38,830 nucleotides of DNA, from the IMG/VR virus record IMGVR_UViG_3300028792_000008, positions 1 to 38,830 of that record; one strand, 5' to 3'. Below are positions 8,615-16,283 of the stretch, one piece after another. Each line of letters begins with the position of its first letter. The first letter of the stretch is position 1. Origin of the DNA: a virus (Duplodnaviria; Caudoviricetes). Both the position numbers and the translations under genes were made by a program. A model generated the notes under the pieces. The model was not told where the DNA came from. It did not search any database and worked only from the letters and a program-made list of their open reading frames with translations.

Positions 8615-9613
8615 ATGAGCATCCGAAACAACATCCTTTTCCCCGTCGGCCGCCTCGTGCAAGGCTCCGTCTACCGTCCGAGCACGACCGACAACGAAGG
8701 CCGCCCGCTGGTCGTCAAGAGCGGCCCGAACGCCGGTCAGCCGCGCGTCGACTATTTCCTCGCTGTGGCCATCGCCAAGCAAGCGGGTCACACGCACTTC
8801 GCGCAAACCGACTGGGGGCGCATCATTTGGGACACCGCCGTGGCCGCGTTCCCTCAAGGTCAGGCACAGGCGCCGACCTTCGCATTCAAGGTGAAAGACG
8901 GCGACAGCACGATCGCGAACAAGGCCGGCAAGCGTCCGTGCGATCAAGAAGGCTGGCCCGGTCATTGGGTCGTGATGATGTCCAGCGGCTACGCATCTAA
9001 GGTCTACACCGCCGACGGCTCGCAGCAGATTGTCGAGCCCGACGCCGTGAAGTGCGGCTATTTCATCCAAGTTGCGGGCTCTGTGGCCGGCAATGAATCG
9101 CTGCAGCAACCGGGCGTGTTCATCAACCACAACATGGTCGCCCTCGCCGGCTACGGCCCCGAGATCATCAGCGGCCCGGACCCGCGCGCCGTCGGCTTCG
9201 GTGGCGGCCCGCTCCCGGCCGGCATGAGTGCCGCCCCTTTGGGTGGTGGGTTCAACCCTGCCGCACCCGCGGCGGGCGTTCCTGGTGCCCTTCCCCCGGG
9301 CTTCCCTGCGAACCCGGCAGCTGCCGCTTTGCCGCCCGCACGACCGCCTGTGATGCCGCCGGCAATGCCAGCCCCCGCGGCGCCGATCGCGGTACAGCCG
9401 AATCCGGCGTTCCTGGGTGCCCCTGGCCCGGCCTCTGCCATGCCGGCTGGTGTGCCGATGCCCCCGGGCCTGCCCACGATGCCGCCTGCTGCCCCCGCCG
9501 CACCGCAGCGCCGCATGACCGCACTCGCTAACGGCGCGAGTTATGAGCAGATGATTGCGGCGGGTTGGACGGACGCCACGCTGCTGCAGCACGGGATGAT
9601 GGCGACGGCCTGA
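8615..9613 (+). CDS. Single-stranded DNA-binding protein (DUF2815/gp2.5-like OB fold) with Pro-rich linker and small C-terminal domain
   Basis: GRLVQGS, FAFKVKDGD, CGYFIQVAGSV, GVFINHNMV; AGGAG RBS; lies between exonuclease and polymerase. Confidence 0.75.
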   Translation: MSIRNNILFPVGRLVQGSVYRPSTTDNEGRPLVVKSGPNAGQPRVDYFLAVAIAKQAGHTHFAQTDWGRIIWDTAVAAFPQGQAQAPTFAFKVKDGDSTIANKAGKRPCDQEGWPGHWVVMMSSGYASKVYTADGSQQIVEPDAVKCGYFIQVAGSVAGNESLQQPGVFINHNMVALAGYGPEIISGPDPRAVGFGGGPLPAGMSAAPLGGGFNPAAPAAGVPGALPPGFPANPAAAALPPARPPVMPPAMPAPAAPIAVQPNPAFLGAPGPASAMPAGVPMPPGLPTMPPAAPAAPQRRMTALANGASYEQMIAAGWTDATLLQHGMMATA

Positions 9614-9729
9614 TCGATCAACGGGGCGGACGAGCCGCATGCTTTGGGTAGGCCCCGCCACGCGCGGCGCCGGCAGCCCCTTGCGACGGTTGTAAATGAG
9701 CCGCCCCACCCCTTACCCCAAGGCTGCCA

Positions 9730-10281
9730 ATGCAACCCATCATCACGCTCTGCGACCGCACGTCCTTCCGTCTCGACGAACCGGAGACGCAGCGATTCGA
9801 CGTCGTTGTGATCGCCCACGCGCTGTCGAAACTCTGCCGCTTCACCGGCCACATCAGCGGGACCTCGATTTACAGCGTTGCGCAACACTCGGTGCTGTGT
9901 TCGTACCTCGTGCCGGCGGAACACACGCTTGACGCGCTCATGCATGACGCGCACGAGGCCTACGTCGGCGACATGAGCGCGCCACTGAAACTCCTGTGCC
10001 CCGACTACTGCCGCGTCGAGCGTCGCGTCGAGATCGCGTGCCGCCGGTCGTTCGGCCTGGCGGACACCAAGAGCGAGGTCGTGGCTGAAGCCGATCACCG
10101 GATGTTCAAAAGTGAGTACGCCGCGTACCTGACCTCTGAGGTCGGCATTCAGGTCGGACGACGATATGGCTTGAACAGCATTCGCGCATGGCTCCCGGAG
10201 ATCGCGAAGTCTCGGTTCCTCGAGCGCTTCGAGGAACTCACCGCCCCGCGCGACATCTGGGCGACCCCGCCAGTCCTATGA
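9730..10281 (+). CDS. HD-domain 5'-deoxynucleotidase-like protein (YfbR/YfdR family)
   Basis: IAHALSKLCRFTGH, YSVAQHSV, ALMHDAHEAYVGD..APLK, ADHRM. Confidence 0.88.
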   Translation: MQPIITLCDRTSFRLDEPETQRFDVVVIAHALSKLCRFTGHISGTSIYSVAQHSVLCSYLVPAEHTLDALMHDAHEAYVGDMSAPLKLLCPDYCRVERRVEIACRRSFGLADTKSEVVAEADHRMFKSEYAAYLTSEVGIQVGRRYGLNSIRAWLPEIAKSRFLERFEELTAPRDIWATPPVL

Positions 10282-11528
10282 CCCCGCGCCCGCCCATTCC
10301 CGCGCTCCTCGGCCACACGGTCGAGATCGCAGATATGGATTTCGAAACATTTTCGACTGCCGGTTTCATCTGGAACGAGGCTGACGGCAAGTGGCGCCCC
10401 CCATCCGGCGCCCCTAAAGGGAAATCCGGCCTGTTCGTGGTCGGCGCCGCGCGCTACACCGAAGATCCGTCGTGCGAGGTCCTGTCGTTCTCCTACGATC
10501 TGAAGGACGGTCACGGCCCGCGATTGTGGATGCCCGGCTGGCCGCCCCCTGTGCCGCTGTTCGAGCACCTGGCCGCCGGCCGCCTGATCGAAGCGTGGAA
10601 CGTCGCCTTCGAGCGCTGGGTGTGGCGCAACGTGTGCGTGCCCAAGTACGGATGGCCGCCACTGCCCGACAGGCAGCTGCGCTGCGCCATGGCGAAGTCG
10701 CGGGCCGCCCAGTACCCCGGCGCGCTGTCGGAGGCCTCTGAGGTCGTTCTAGGCGTCAACCTGAAGGACGCTGAAGGCAAGCGGCTTCTCGACAAGTTCA
10801 GCAAGCCACGCAACCCGACGAAAAAAGACGCACGGCGCTGTATCACGCTCGCTGACGACCCAGTCGACGGCGCCCGGCTGATCGCGTACAACACGCAGGA
10901 CATCCGCGCCGAGGCGGCCGTGTCGCACGCGGTGCCTGACCTCACCGGCATCGATCTCGAGTATTGGTTTGTCGATCAGGCGGTCAACATGCGCGGCGTG
11001 GCGATCGACATGGACGGCGTGCGTGACTGCGTGGCGATCGTCGAGCAGGCGCACGCGAAGTACAACGCTGAGTTGTTCGCGATCACCGGCATTGATGCGG
11101 CGTCCAAGGTGCAGCAAATTCAAGGTTGGTTGCACGCGCAGGGGTGCCACCTCGACTCATTGGACGAAGAGGCCGTGACCACGGAGCTTGAGCGACTCGG
11201 TGAAGTGCTACAGACCGGGGGCGCAGTGTGGCCGGAGGTGGCGCACGTCTACCGCGTTCTGCAGATACGTCAGGCCATTGGGTCAGCCGCTGTAAAAAAA
11301 CTTTACGCAATCTCGAATCAGGTCACGGCCGACGGCCGCCTACACGACCTGTTTTCGTTCCATGCCACACGCACCGGCCGCGCGACCGGCAACGGCCCGC
11401 AACCGACGAACCTGCCGAACAGCGGGCCGAATCTGTGGCTGTGCGAATGCGGGAAGTATTTCGCACTTTCGCACCGTTCGTGCCCGTGGTGCCTCGCGCT
11501 TGTTGACGGCGCCGTCAGTAAGGGTTAA
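10278..11528 (+). CDS. Family A DNA polymerase, N-terminal part (3'-5' exonuclease, thumb, Zn-finger-like insert)
   Basis: ExoI DFET, ExoII AWNVAFE, ExoIII YNTQD, NMRGVAID, TRTGRATG.GPQPTNLP, CECG...CPWC; ATG at 10278 in an ATGA overlap. Confidence 0.9.
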   Translation: MTPRPPIPALLGHTVEIADMDFETFSTAGFIWNEADGKWRPPSGAPKGKSGLFVVGAARYTEDPSCEVLSFSYDLKDGHGPRLWMPGWPPPVPLFEHLAAGRLIEAWNVAFERWVWRNVCVPKYGWPPLPDRQLRCAMAKSRAAQYPGALSEASEVVLGVNLKDAEGKRLLDKFSKPRNPTKKDARRCITLADDPVDGARLIAYNTQDIRAEAAVSHAVPDLTGIDLEYWFVDQAVNMRGVAIDMDGVRDCVAIVEQAHAKYNAELFAITGIDAASKVQQIQGWLHAQGCHLDSLDEEAVTTELERLGEVLQTGGAVWPEVAHVYRVLQIRQAIGSAAVKKLYAISNQVTADGRLHDLFSFHATRTGRATGNGPQPTNLPNSGPNLWLCECGKYFALSHRSCPWCLALVDGAVSKG

Positions 11529-11547
11529 AGTCTCTTCATCGACAACG
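11503..11547 (+). promoter_or_regulatory. Operator-promoter P5 inside the polymerase locus
   Basis: TTGACG(11503-11508)-17 bp-TAAAGT(11526-11531); palindrome at 11504-11517; CATCGACAACG at 11537-11547. Confidence 0.85.
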
Positions 11548-11564
11548 ACTGAGGTGACTGCCAC

Positions 11565-11765
11565 ATGAACACCCCGTACTATCTCACCGCTGAATCCCGC
11601 GCGTTCCTGGCCGCTCGTGCCGCTGAGATTCGCGAGCATCTGCGCCGTCGTCGCGAGGCTCGTGATGCGCCCCGCGCACGCGCCTATCAAGCTGTGGCGG
11701 CACGGATCGTTCGCACGTTCGAGACGCCGTTTGTCATTGGCGGCGAACGGGTCACGCATCCGTGA
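11565..11765 (+). CDS. Small Arg-rich protein (66 aa) inserted between the polymerase halves
   Basis: GAGG RBS, ATG AAC start like the other promoter-cassette genes, and TGA overlapping the GTG of the polymerase C half. Confidence 0.75.
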   Translation: MNTPYYLTAESRAFLAARAAEIREHLRRRREARDAPRARAYQAVAARIVRTFETPFVIGGERVTHP

Positions 11766-12772
11766 CCGCTCGCGAAGTCGAATGGTGCCCCGAGGCCGCG
11801 GCACAGACCCTCGAACTCGTGCGGCATCGCTCGCTTGAGACGATCGAATTCGTCTACGGTGACGCGATGCCCGCTGTGGCTGGATGCCTGCGCGGCCTGT
11901 TCGTCGCGGCTCCCGGTCACGATCTGATCTGCAGCGATTACAGCAGCATCGAGGCCGTCGTGCTGGCCGAGATCGCGGGCGAAGAGTGGCGCCGCGAGGT
12001 GTTCCGCACGCACGGGCGCATCTATGAAATGAGCGCCGCGAAAATCACCGGCGTGCCGATGCCCACTGAAGGCCGACACGTTCACCGCAAGCTAGGGAAA
12101 ATTGCGGAACTCAGTGGAGGTTACCAAGGTTGGATAGGCGCATGGAAGGCTTTTGGAGCCGCTGAGTTCCTGAACGACGAGGAGATCAAGACGGCAATCC
12201 TGGCGTGGCGGGCCGCGTCGCCCTCGATCGTCGAGTTATGGGGCGGGCAACCGTCCCGGCGACGCGGCGAGTATTGGGGCATCGAGGGGTGCGCGATTCA
12301 AGCCGTGCTGCAGCCGGGCCGGGCCTTCGGTTACCGCGGCATCACGCTCCTCATGCGCGGCGACACGTTATTTCTGCGCCTGCTGTCAGGCCGCTTGATC
12401 CACTACCATCGGCCACGCCTCGAACCCAGTCAGCGCCGCGAAGGTGAATATTCACTGAGCTACGAAGGGTGGAACTCGAACCCGAAGAACGGCCCGGTAG
12501 GCTGGATTCGGATGAATACGTGGGGCGGCCGGCTGACGGAGAACATCGTGCAAGCCGTGGCGAACGACATCCTGCGTTTCGCCAGCGTGAACCTTGAGGC
12601 CGCCGGATACCCGATCGTGCTGCACGTCTATGACGAGGTGGCGTGCGAAGTGCCGCACGGCCGCAGGTCCGTCGAGGAACTCGAAGCGATCATGATGCAA
12701 TTGCCCGCATGGGCGGCAGGCTGGCCGATCAGGGCGGCCGGCGGCTGGCGGGGCCGCCGGTATCGCAAATGA
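11762..12772 (+). CDS. Family A DNA polymerase, C-terminal catalytic part
   Basis: Motif A DLICSDYSSIE, motif B RKLGKIAELSGGY, ENIVQAVAND, motif C VLHVYDE, terminal GRRYRK. Confidence 0.92.
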   Translation: MTAREVEWCPEAAAQTLELVRHRSLETIEFVYGDAMPAVAGCLRGLFVAAPGHDLICSDYSSIEAVVLAEIAGEEWRREVFRTHGRIYEMSAAKITGVPMPTEGRHVHRKLGKIAELSGGYQGWIGAWKAFGAAEFLNDEEIKTAILAWRAASPSIVELWGGQPSRRRGEYWGIEGCAIQAVLQPGRAFGYRGITLLMRGDTLFLRLLSGRLIHYHRPRLEPSQRREGEYSLSYEGWNSNPKNGPVGWIRMNTWGGRLTENIVQAVANDILRFASVNLEAAGYPIVLHVYDEVACEVPHGRRSVEELEAIMMQLPAWAAGWPIRAAGGWRGRRYRK

Positions 12773-12804
12773 AACAAGGGATCGACCTGTGACGGCTCGA
12801 CCCC
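12772..12804 (-). terminator. Intrinsic terminator ending the late/lysis transcript
   Basis: Minus-strand stem GGGGUCGA/UCGAUCCC (one GU) followed by UUGUUU, in the convergent intergenic gap. Confidence 0.6.
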
Positions 12805-12856
12805 CTGAGTGGGCTCGCTGACAAGCAACTTCCCCGGTTTGGCGACCTTCAGTCTA

Positions 12857-13087
12857 TCAGACCTTCTCCTCGCCCGGCCCGCCAGCCCCATCCGGCTTGA
12901 CGGCTGTTGCTGCGTCGATAGCCGTCTGCAGCGCGTTGTTCGCCGTAATGGCCTTGCCGCGCACGAACGCGACCTCTTCGGGCGTCAGGTCGCGGCCCTC
13001 GGCCTGCGCCTTGCCGAACAACGTCGACAGTTCGCTCAGGTGATTCAAGCCGGCGAGGATGACTTCGAGGAGTGCAGCTGCGTTCAT
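12857..13087 (-). CDS. Hypothetical helical protein, last gene of the lysis cassette
   Basis: ATGA-coupled to the lipoprotein gene. Confidence 0.7.
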   Translation of the reverse strand: MNAAALLEVILAGLNHLSELSTLFGKAQAEGRDLTPEEVAFVRGKAITANNALQTAIDAATAVKPDGAGGPGEEKV

Positions 13088-13428
13088 GGTGTGGTTGCTC
13101 CGTGGGTTGCGAGAAAGGCCTGTAGGCCGCTCAAGACGGTGATCGCCACCGTGAGGCGTGTGTCGGCCTGCCCGGGACTCGTTTGAGCGAGCTGAGCGGC
13201 CGCATCGAGGCCGGCAAGGGCTTCGGTGTTCGTCTTCTCGACCCGCTGCGCATCCGCCGGCGTGATTCGGCCGGTCACGAGTAGGGTGCGAGCGCTGTCA
13301 GCCACAGCAGCCACAGTGGTGTAGCCGGCCGCCAGGCGCTTCTGGAACGTGTCGGCCGGCGGGACGCCGAGGGACTGGCATGCCGTGAGGCATAGCAGTG
13401 CGATGGTGAGGAGGAATCGGATGATCAT
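13084..13428 (-). CDS. Lipoprotein (possible spanin-type outer membrane lysis protein)
   Basis: MIIRFLLTIALLCLTA-C lipobox; ATG at 13428 in an ATGA overlap. Confidence 0.75.
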   Translation of the reverse strand: MIIRFLLTIALLCLTACQSLGVPPADTFQKRLAAGYTTVAAVADSARTLLVTGRITPADAQRVEKTNTEALAGLDAAAQLAQTSPGQADTRLTVAITVLSGLQAFLATHGATTP

Positions 13429-13724
13429 GCTTTGGTTTCCTTGGGTTGTGGTGGGACGGCTACCGGCACGACGACCGGCGTAGGTGCGGGGGCGATGGCG
13501 GCCGCCGTGATGGCCGCGTCTCGGTTCGCGCTGTCGGTGTTCTTGCCAATGAAGAAGAACACGACCGCCGTCACCAGGGTGAACAGCGTTTGCTTGGTGT
13601 CGGCGTCGACCTTGAACCCTGGGTTGAACGACGGCACGAACAGCACGCCGGCGAACATGACCAGCAGCGCAAGGGCAATGAGAGCCTGCACGGCCGGCGA
13701 GAGTTTGTTTTGACTCAGGTTCAT
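13425..13724 (-). CDS. 2-TM membrane protein (holin-like)
   Basis: Two hydrophobic helices ending VVFFFIGK; immediately downstream of the endolysin. Confidence 0.7.
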   Translation of the reverse strand: MNLSQNKLSPAVQALIALALLVMFAGVLFVPSFNPGFKVDADTKQTLFTLVTAVVFFFIGKNTDSANRDAAITAAAIAPAPTPVVVPVAVPPQPKETKA

Positions 13725-14356
13725 GTCGTTCCTTTCGTGAGCACCAGAAGCGCCGCGGCGAACCGCTCACGGCGGTCGACGAGGCCGAGAACCTTCTCGG
13801 GAGACGAAACCCCCTGCACGCGCTGGCTGATCGCGTCGATCAGCGAACCGTCGGCCAGATCGTTCCCGCCGATGTCGACGAAGAACCGGCACGAAGACAG
13901 CGCGCCGGGCGTCGGCTGCGACAGAAGGTCCGGGTTTTCGACAAGGTCGAGACCCAGCGCCTTGCCCATCTTCCGGTAGTTGTCTACGCCAGTGATCTGA
14001 ATCGGCCCGCGACCGCGGTACCGCCAGCCGTCACCGGACGCATACGGGCCGTTGCCCATGCGGTTCGCGTAGACGAAGTTCGCGAGGCGCTCCGGTGACG
14101 GCTCGTAGTAATGAGCCGATTCGATCGTAGGGAACCGCGCCGGCCACGCCCGCATCATTCCTTGCGCCGAATAGTTCAGGTTCTCGACCACGCGGGCCAG
14201 GCCGCCGGATTCGTGGCCGACCTCAGCGAGTAGCGCCGCCTGGCGCAGCGGCCTGTCGATCGCATGCAGGGCCATCGCAGCCTTGAACGGCTCGAACCAC
14301 ACTTCGGCGCGTTCCGCCGTGCAGCCGACTGCTCGAATGAACTGGTCGACGTTCAT
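13721..14356 (-). CDS. Endolysin, glycoside hydrolase family 19
   Basis: AEVGHESGGL..VENLNYSA, YANRMGNG, GDGWRYRGRGPIQITG..NY; ATG at 14356. Confidence 0.92.
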   Translation of the reverse strand: MNVDQFIRAVGCTAERAEVWFEPFKAAMALHAIDRPLRQAALLAEVGHESGGLARVVENLNYSAQGMMRAWPARFPTIESAHYYEPSPERLANFVYANRMGNGPYASGDGWRYRGRGPIQITGVDNYRKMGKALGLDLVENPDLLSQPTPGALSSCRFFVDIGGNDLADGSLIDAISQRVQGVSSPEKVLGLVDRRERFAAALLVLTKGTT

Positions 14357-14712
14357 TGGCGACCCCGACCGAAGATGCGCAGCATGTCGTGGCCGGCTAT
14401 GTCCGTAACGCGGCGGGCCGGCGGGGAGGCGCCCTCGGCCCGCGGTCGGTGCTTCCATGCCTTGTAGGCAGTCCCGAGGGCGTACAAGGCCAGCCCGACG
14501 TGCCCGGCGGTCTGCGCCAGTGCCGGAACGACGATACTCGTGATCTCCTGGTGCTCGATCAGGTGGGCGAGGCGCGGCCACGAGAACATGAACACCCCCG
14601 CCATGCCAACGCATTGGGCGAGGTTGTCGTCATAGATTCGCTTCGGGATGAAAACGCCGACAACGCATAGGGCCATCACGATGACCAGGGATACGGCCGA
14701 AACAATCCACAT
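14353..14712 (-). CDS. Membrane protein (about 3 TM), lysis cassette
   Basis: Hydrophobic helices; AAGGGG RBS before ATG 14712. Confidence 0.7.
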   Translation of the reverse strand: MWIVSAVSLVIVMALCVVGVFIPKRIYDDNLAQCVGMAGVFMFSWPRLAHLIEHQEITSIVVPALAQTAGHVGLALYALGTAYKAWKHRPRAEGASPPARRVTDIAGHDMLRIFGRGRQ

Positions 14713-14714
14713 GA

Positions 14715-15032
14715 TCAACCCCTTACGCGCTTGAGGACCGCGAGCCACGCCTCCCGCGCGGCCTTCCGATGGTCGAAGCTGACGATCATGTCGAATATCT
14801 TCGCAACGATCGCCATACCGAACACGCCCGAAACGTACCCCGCCACGGCCTGGGTGCTGTGCATGATCTCGGCGGCCACGGGGCCGACAAAATTGGCGAG
14901 GACTGCGCCCGCGATGCCGAGGAGAAACGCGTGCTTGAACTTCTCCCCGCGCACCACCATGAGCAGTAGTGCCGTGAAACTGCCGGCGAGGCCAGGCGCG
15001 GCTTTTGAGAATTCGGGCGGCAGGTCCATCAT
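14715..15032 (-). CDS. Holin candidate
   Basis: GLAGSFTALLL / FLLGIAGAVLANFVGP / AGYVSGVFGMAIV hydrophobic segments, basic C-terminus, GAGGA RBS with ATG-ATG start. Confidence 0.7.
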   Translation of the reverse strand: MMDLPPEFSKAAPGLAGSFTALLLMVVRGEKFKHAFLLGIAGAVLANFVGPVAAEIMHSTQAVAGYVSGVFGMAIVAKIFDMIVSFDHRKAAREAWLAVLKRVRG

Positions 15033-15418
15033 GATTTCCTCAGGACAGCAACGAGAATCACGATCGTGATCGTGATCATGTAGATCGGCCACCCAGTCAC
15101 CTTGTCGCACAGACCGGCGAACTGGCCCACCTCAGGAGGTGGCCGATCCATCGGATACGCGAGACGGCAAACGGCGATCTGCATCGACTCTATCGCACCC
15201 CACGCGCACGCGGCACCGACCGCCAAACGCGCGGTCGCGGGCTTCAGCGGAACGAGGCGCCACACGACCAGGTACAGCGTCGCGGCCTCGAGCGCACGCA
15301 ACACCGACGCCCATGCCTTCGCAGCGGGCAACATGTCGGGGTAGAAATCGGCGATCAGCGCATATCCGTAGTGCACTGCCACGACCAGCACCAGCAGCAA
15401 TGAGGGGAGTTTGCGCAT
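15029..15418 (-). CDS. Membrane protein (3-4 TM)
   Basis: Multiple hydrophobic helices; between tail gene and holin. Confidence 0.65.
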   Translation of the reverse strand: MRKLPSLLLVLVVAVHYGYALIADFYPDMLPAAKAWASVLRALEAATLYLVVWRLVPLKPATARLAVGAACAWGAIESMQIAVCRLAYPMDRPPPEVGQFAGLCDKVTGWPIYMITITIVILVAVLRKS

Positions 15419-15419
15419 G

Positions 15420-16280
15420 TCACGCAATGGTAATGCCCATCGCGTCGGCTTGATAGGTCGGTGCGGGAGAACCCGCGCTTACTGTGATCGGACTGGCCAG
15501 CGAGTGCCACAGCAGCAGGTTCCCTGCGCTCGATGCGTCGTGCCAACCGCCGGCCACGATGTCGCCCCACGCCCCTGTAGGCGATGGATGCGCGATAGCA
15601 GCGTTGTTCGAAATCCGCCCACCGGTACCAGAGCTCGCGATCGTCGACGCGGGCGCTTGCGTGCCGCTCAGACTGGTGAGCGACGGCACCAGCGCGGCCC
15701 GCGCGTACCCCACACCCCCGCCCACCTCAGTACCCCCGCCGGCGTTGCCTGGCGTGGCTGTGTAGGCCGCGTGATAGATCGTCCCCGGCCACGCGTAGGC
15801 TTGTCCGCGAAGCAAGAGGTCGATGAGCTTGTTTGACAGGTAATCGCTCATCCCGCTCGTGAGGCCGAGAGTAAAACGCACGATCGCAGCGGCCAGCGTC
15901 ACGGGGTCGCCTGGGGCCACATCGAGCGGAGTCGCATACAGCCACACCGCCCAGCAGTTCCCCGAGGTGCTTGCATCGAATAGCCCCACGCCGACGAGCG
16001 TTTCCGCGTCGGTTGTCCCGACGCCAAGATCGATCTCGATGTTGTTGCTCGTGGTGTGGCTGGTGCCACTACTGGCCAGGGTCGTCGCGTCCCCCTGCGT
16101 GCCGGCCCAGCTCGCAAGCGCCCGCGACAGCTCGAACCGATCGAGGCCGACCGACTCCGTCACGCTCGAATCGCTGGCTGCTGTGAGTCCGGCAACCCAC
16201 CACGAGGCGGGCAACGTGAGCCCTTGACCGCGAACATAGTCGGCGATCTTGTTCTCGGCGTAATTCGTGAATTGGCTCAT
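15420..16280 (-). CDS. Minor tail protein made of two tandem homologous domains
   Basis: NYAENKIAD..RGQ...GTQ...ASSGT...SNN...DASTSGN recurs as DYLSNKLID...RGQ...GTQ...ASSGT...SNN...DASSAGN. Confidence 0.75.
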   Translation of the reverse strand: MSQFTNYAENKIADYVRGQGLTLPASWWVAGLTAASDSSVTESVGLDRFELSRALASWAGTQGDATTLASSGTSHTTSNNIEIDLGVGTTDAETLVGVGLFDASTSGNCWAVWLYATPLDVAPGDPVTLAAAIVRFTLGLTSGMSDYLSNKLIDLLLRGQAYAWPGTIYHAAYTATPGNAGGGTEVGGGVGYARAALVPSLTSLSGTQAPASTIASSGTGGRISNNAAIAHPSPTGAWGDIVAGGWHDASSAGNLLLWHSLASPITVSAGSPAPTYQADAMGITIA

Positions 16281-16283
16281 GGG

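Noticed and set aside
9623-9710. Canonical tRNA gene
   Set aside because: An acceptor-like stem is present, but there is no paired T-arm with TTCRA and no clear anticodon arm; kept only as a structured-leader candidate.
9730-10281. HD hydrolase beside the polymerase as DatZ of a 2-aminoadenine (Z) genome
   Set aside because: No PurZ-like gene in the window, and YfbR/YfdR-like HD genes are common in ordinary phages; cannot be excluded outside the window.
11493-11774. Intron, intein or direct-repeat-bounded excisable element in the polymerase
   Set aside because: No group I/II or intein motifs seen. The CTCGCG repeat at 11493 and 11769 is 276 nt apart, so excising there would not join the two polymerase frames.
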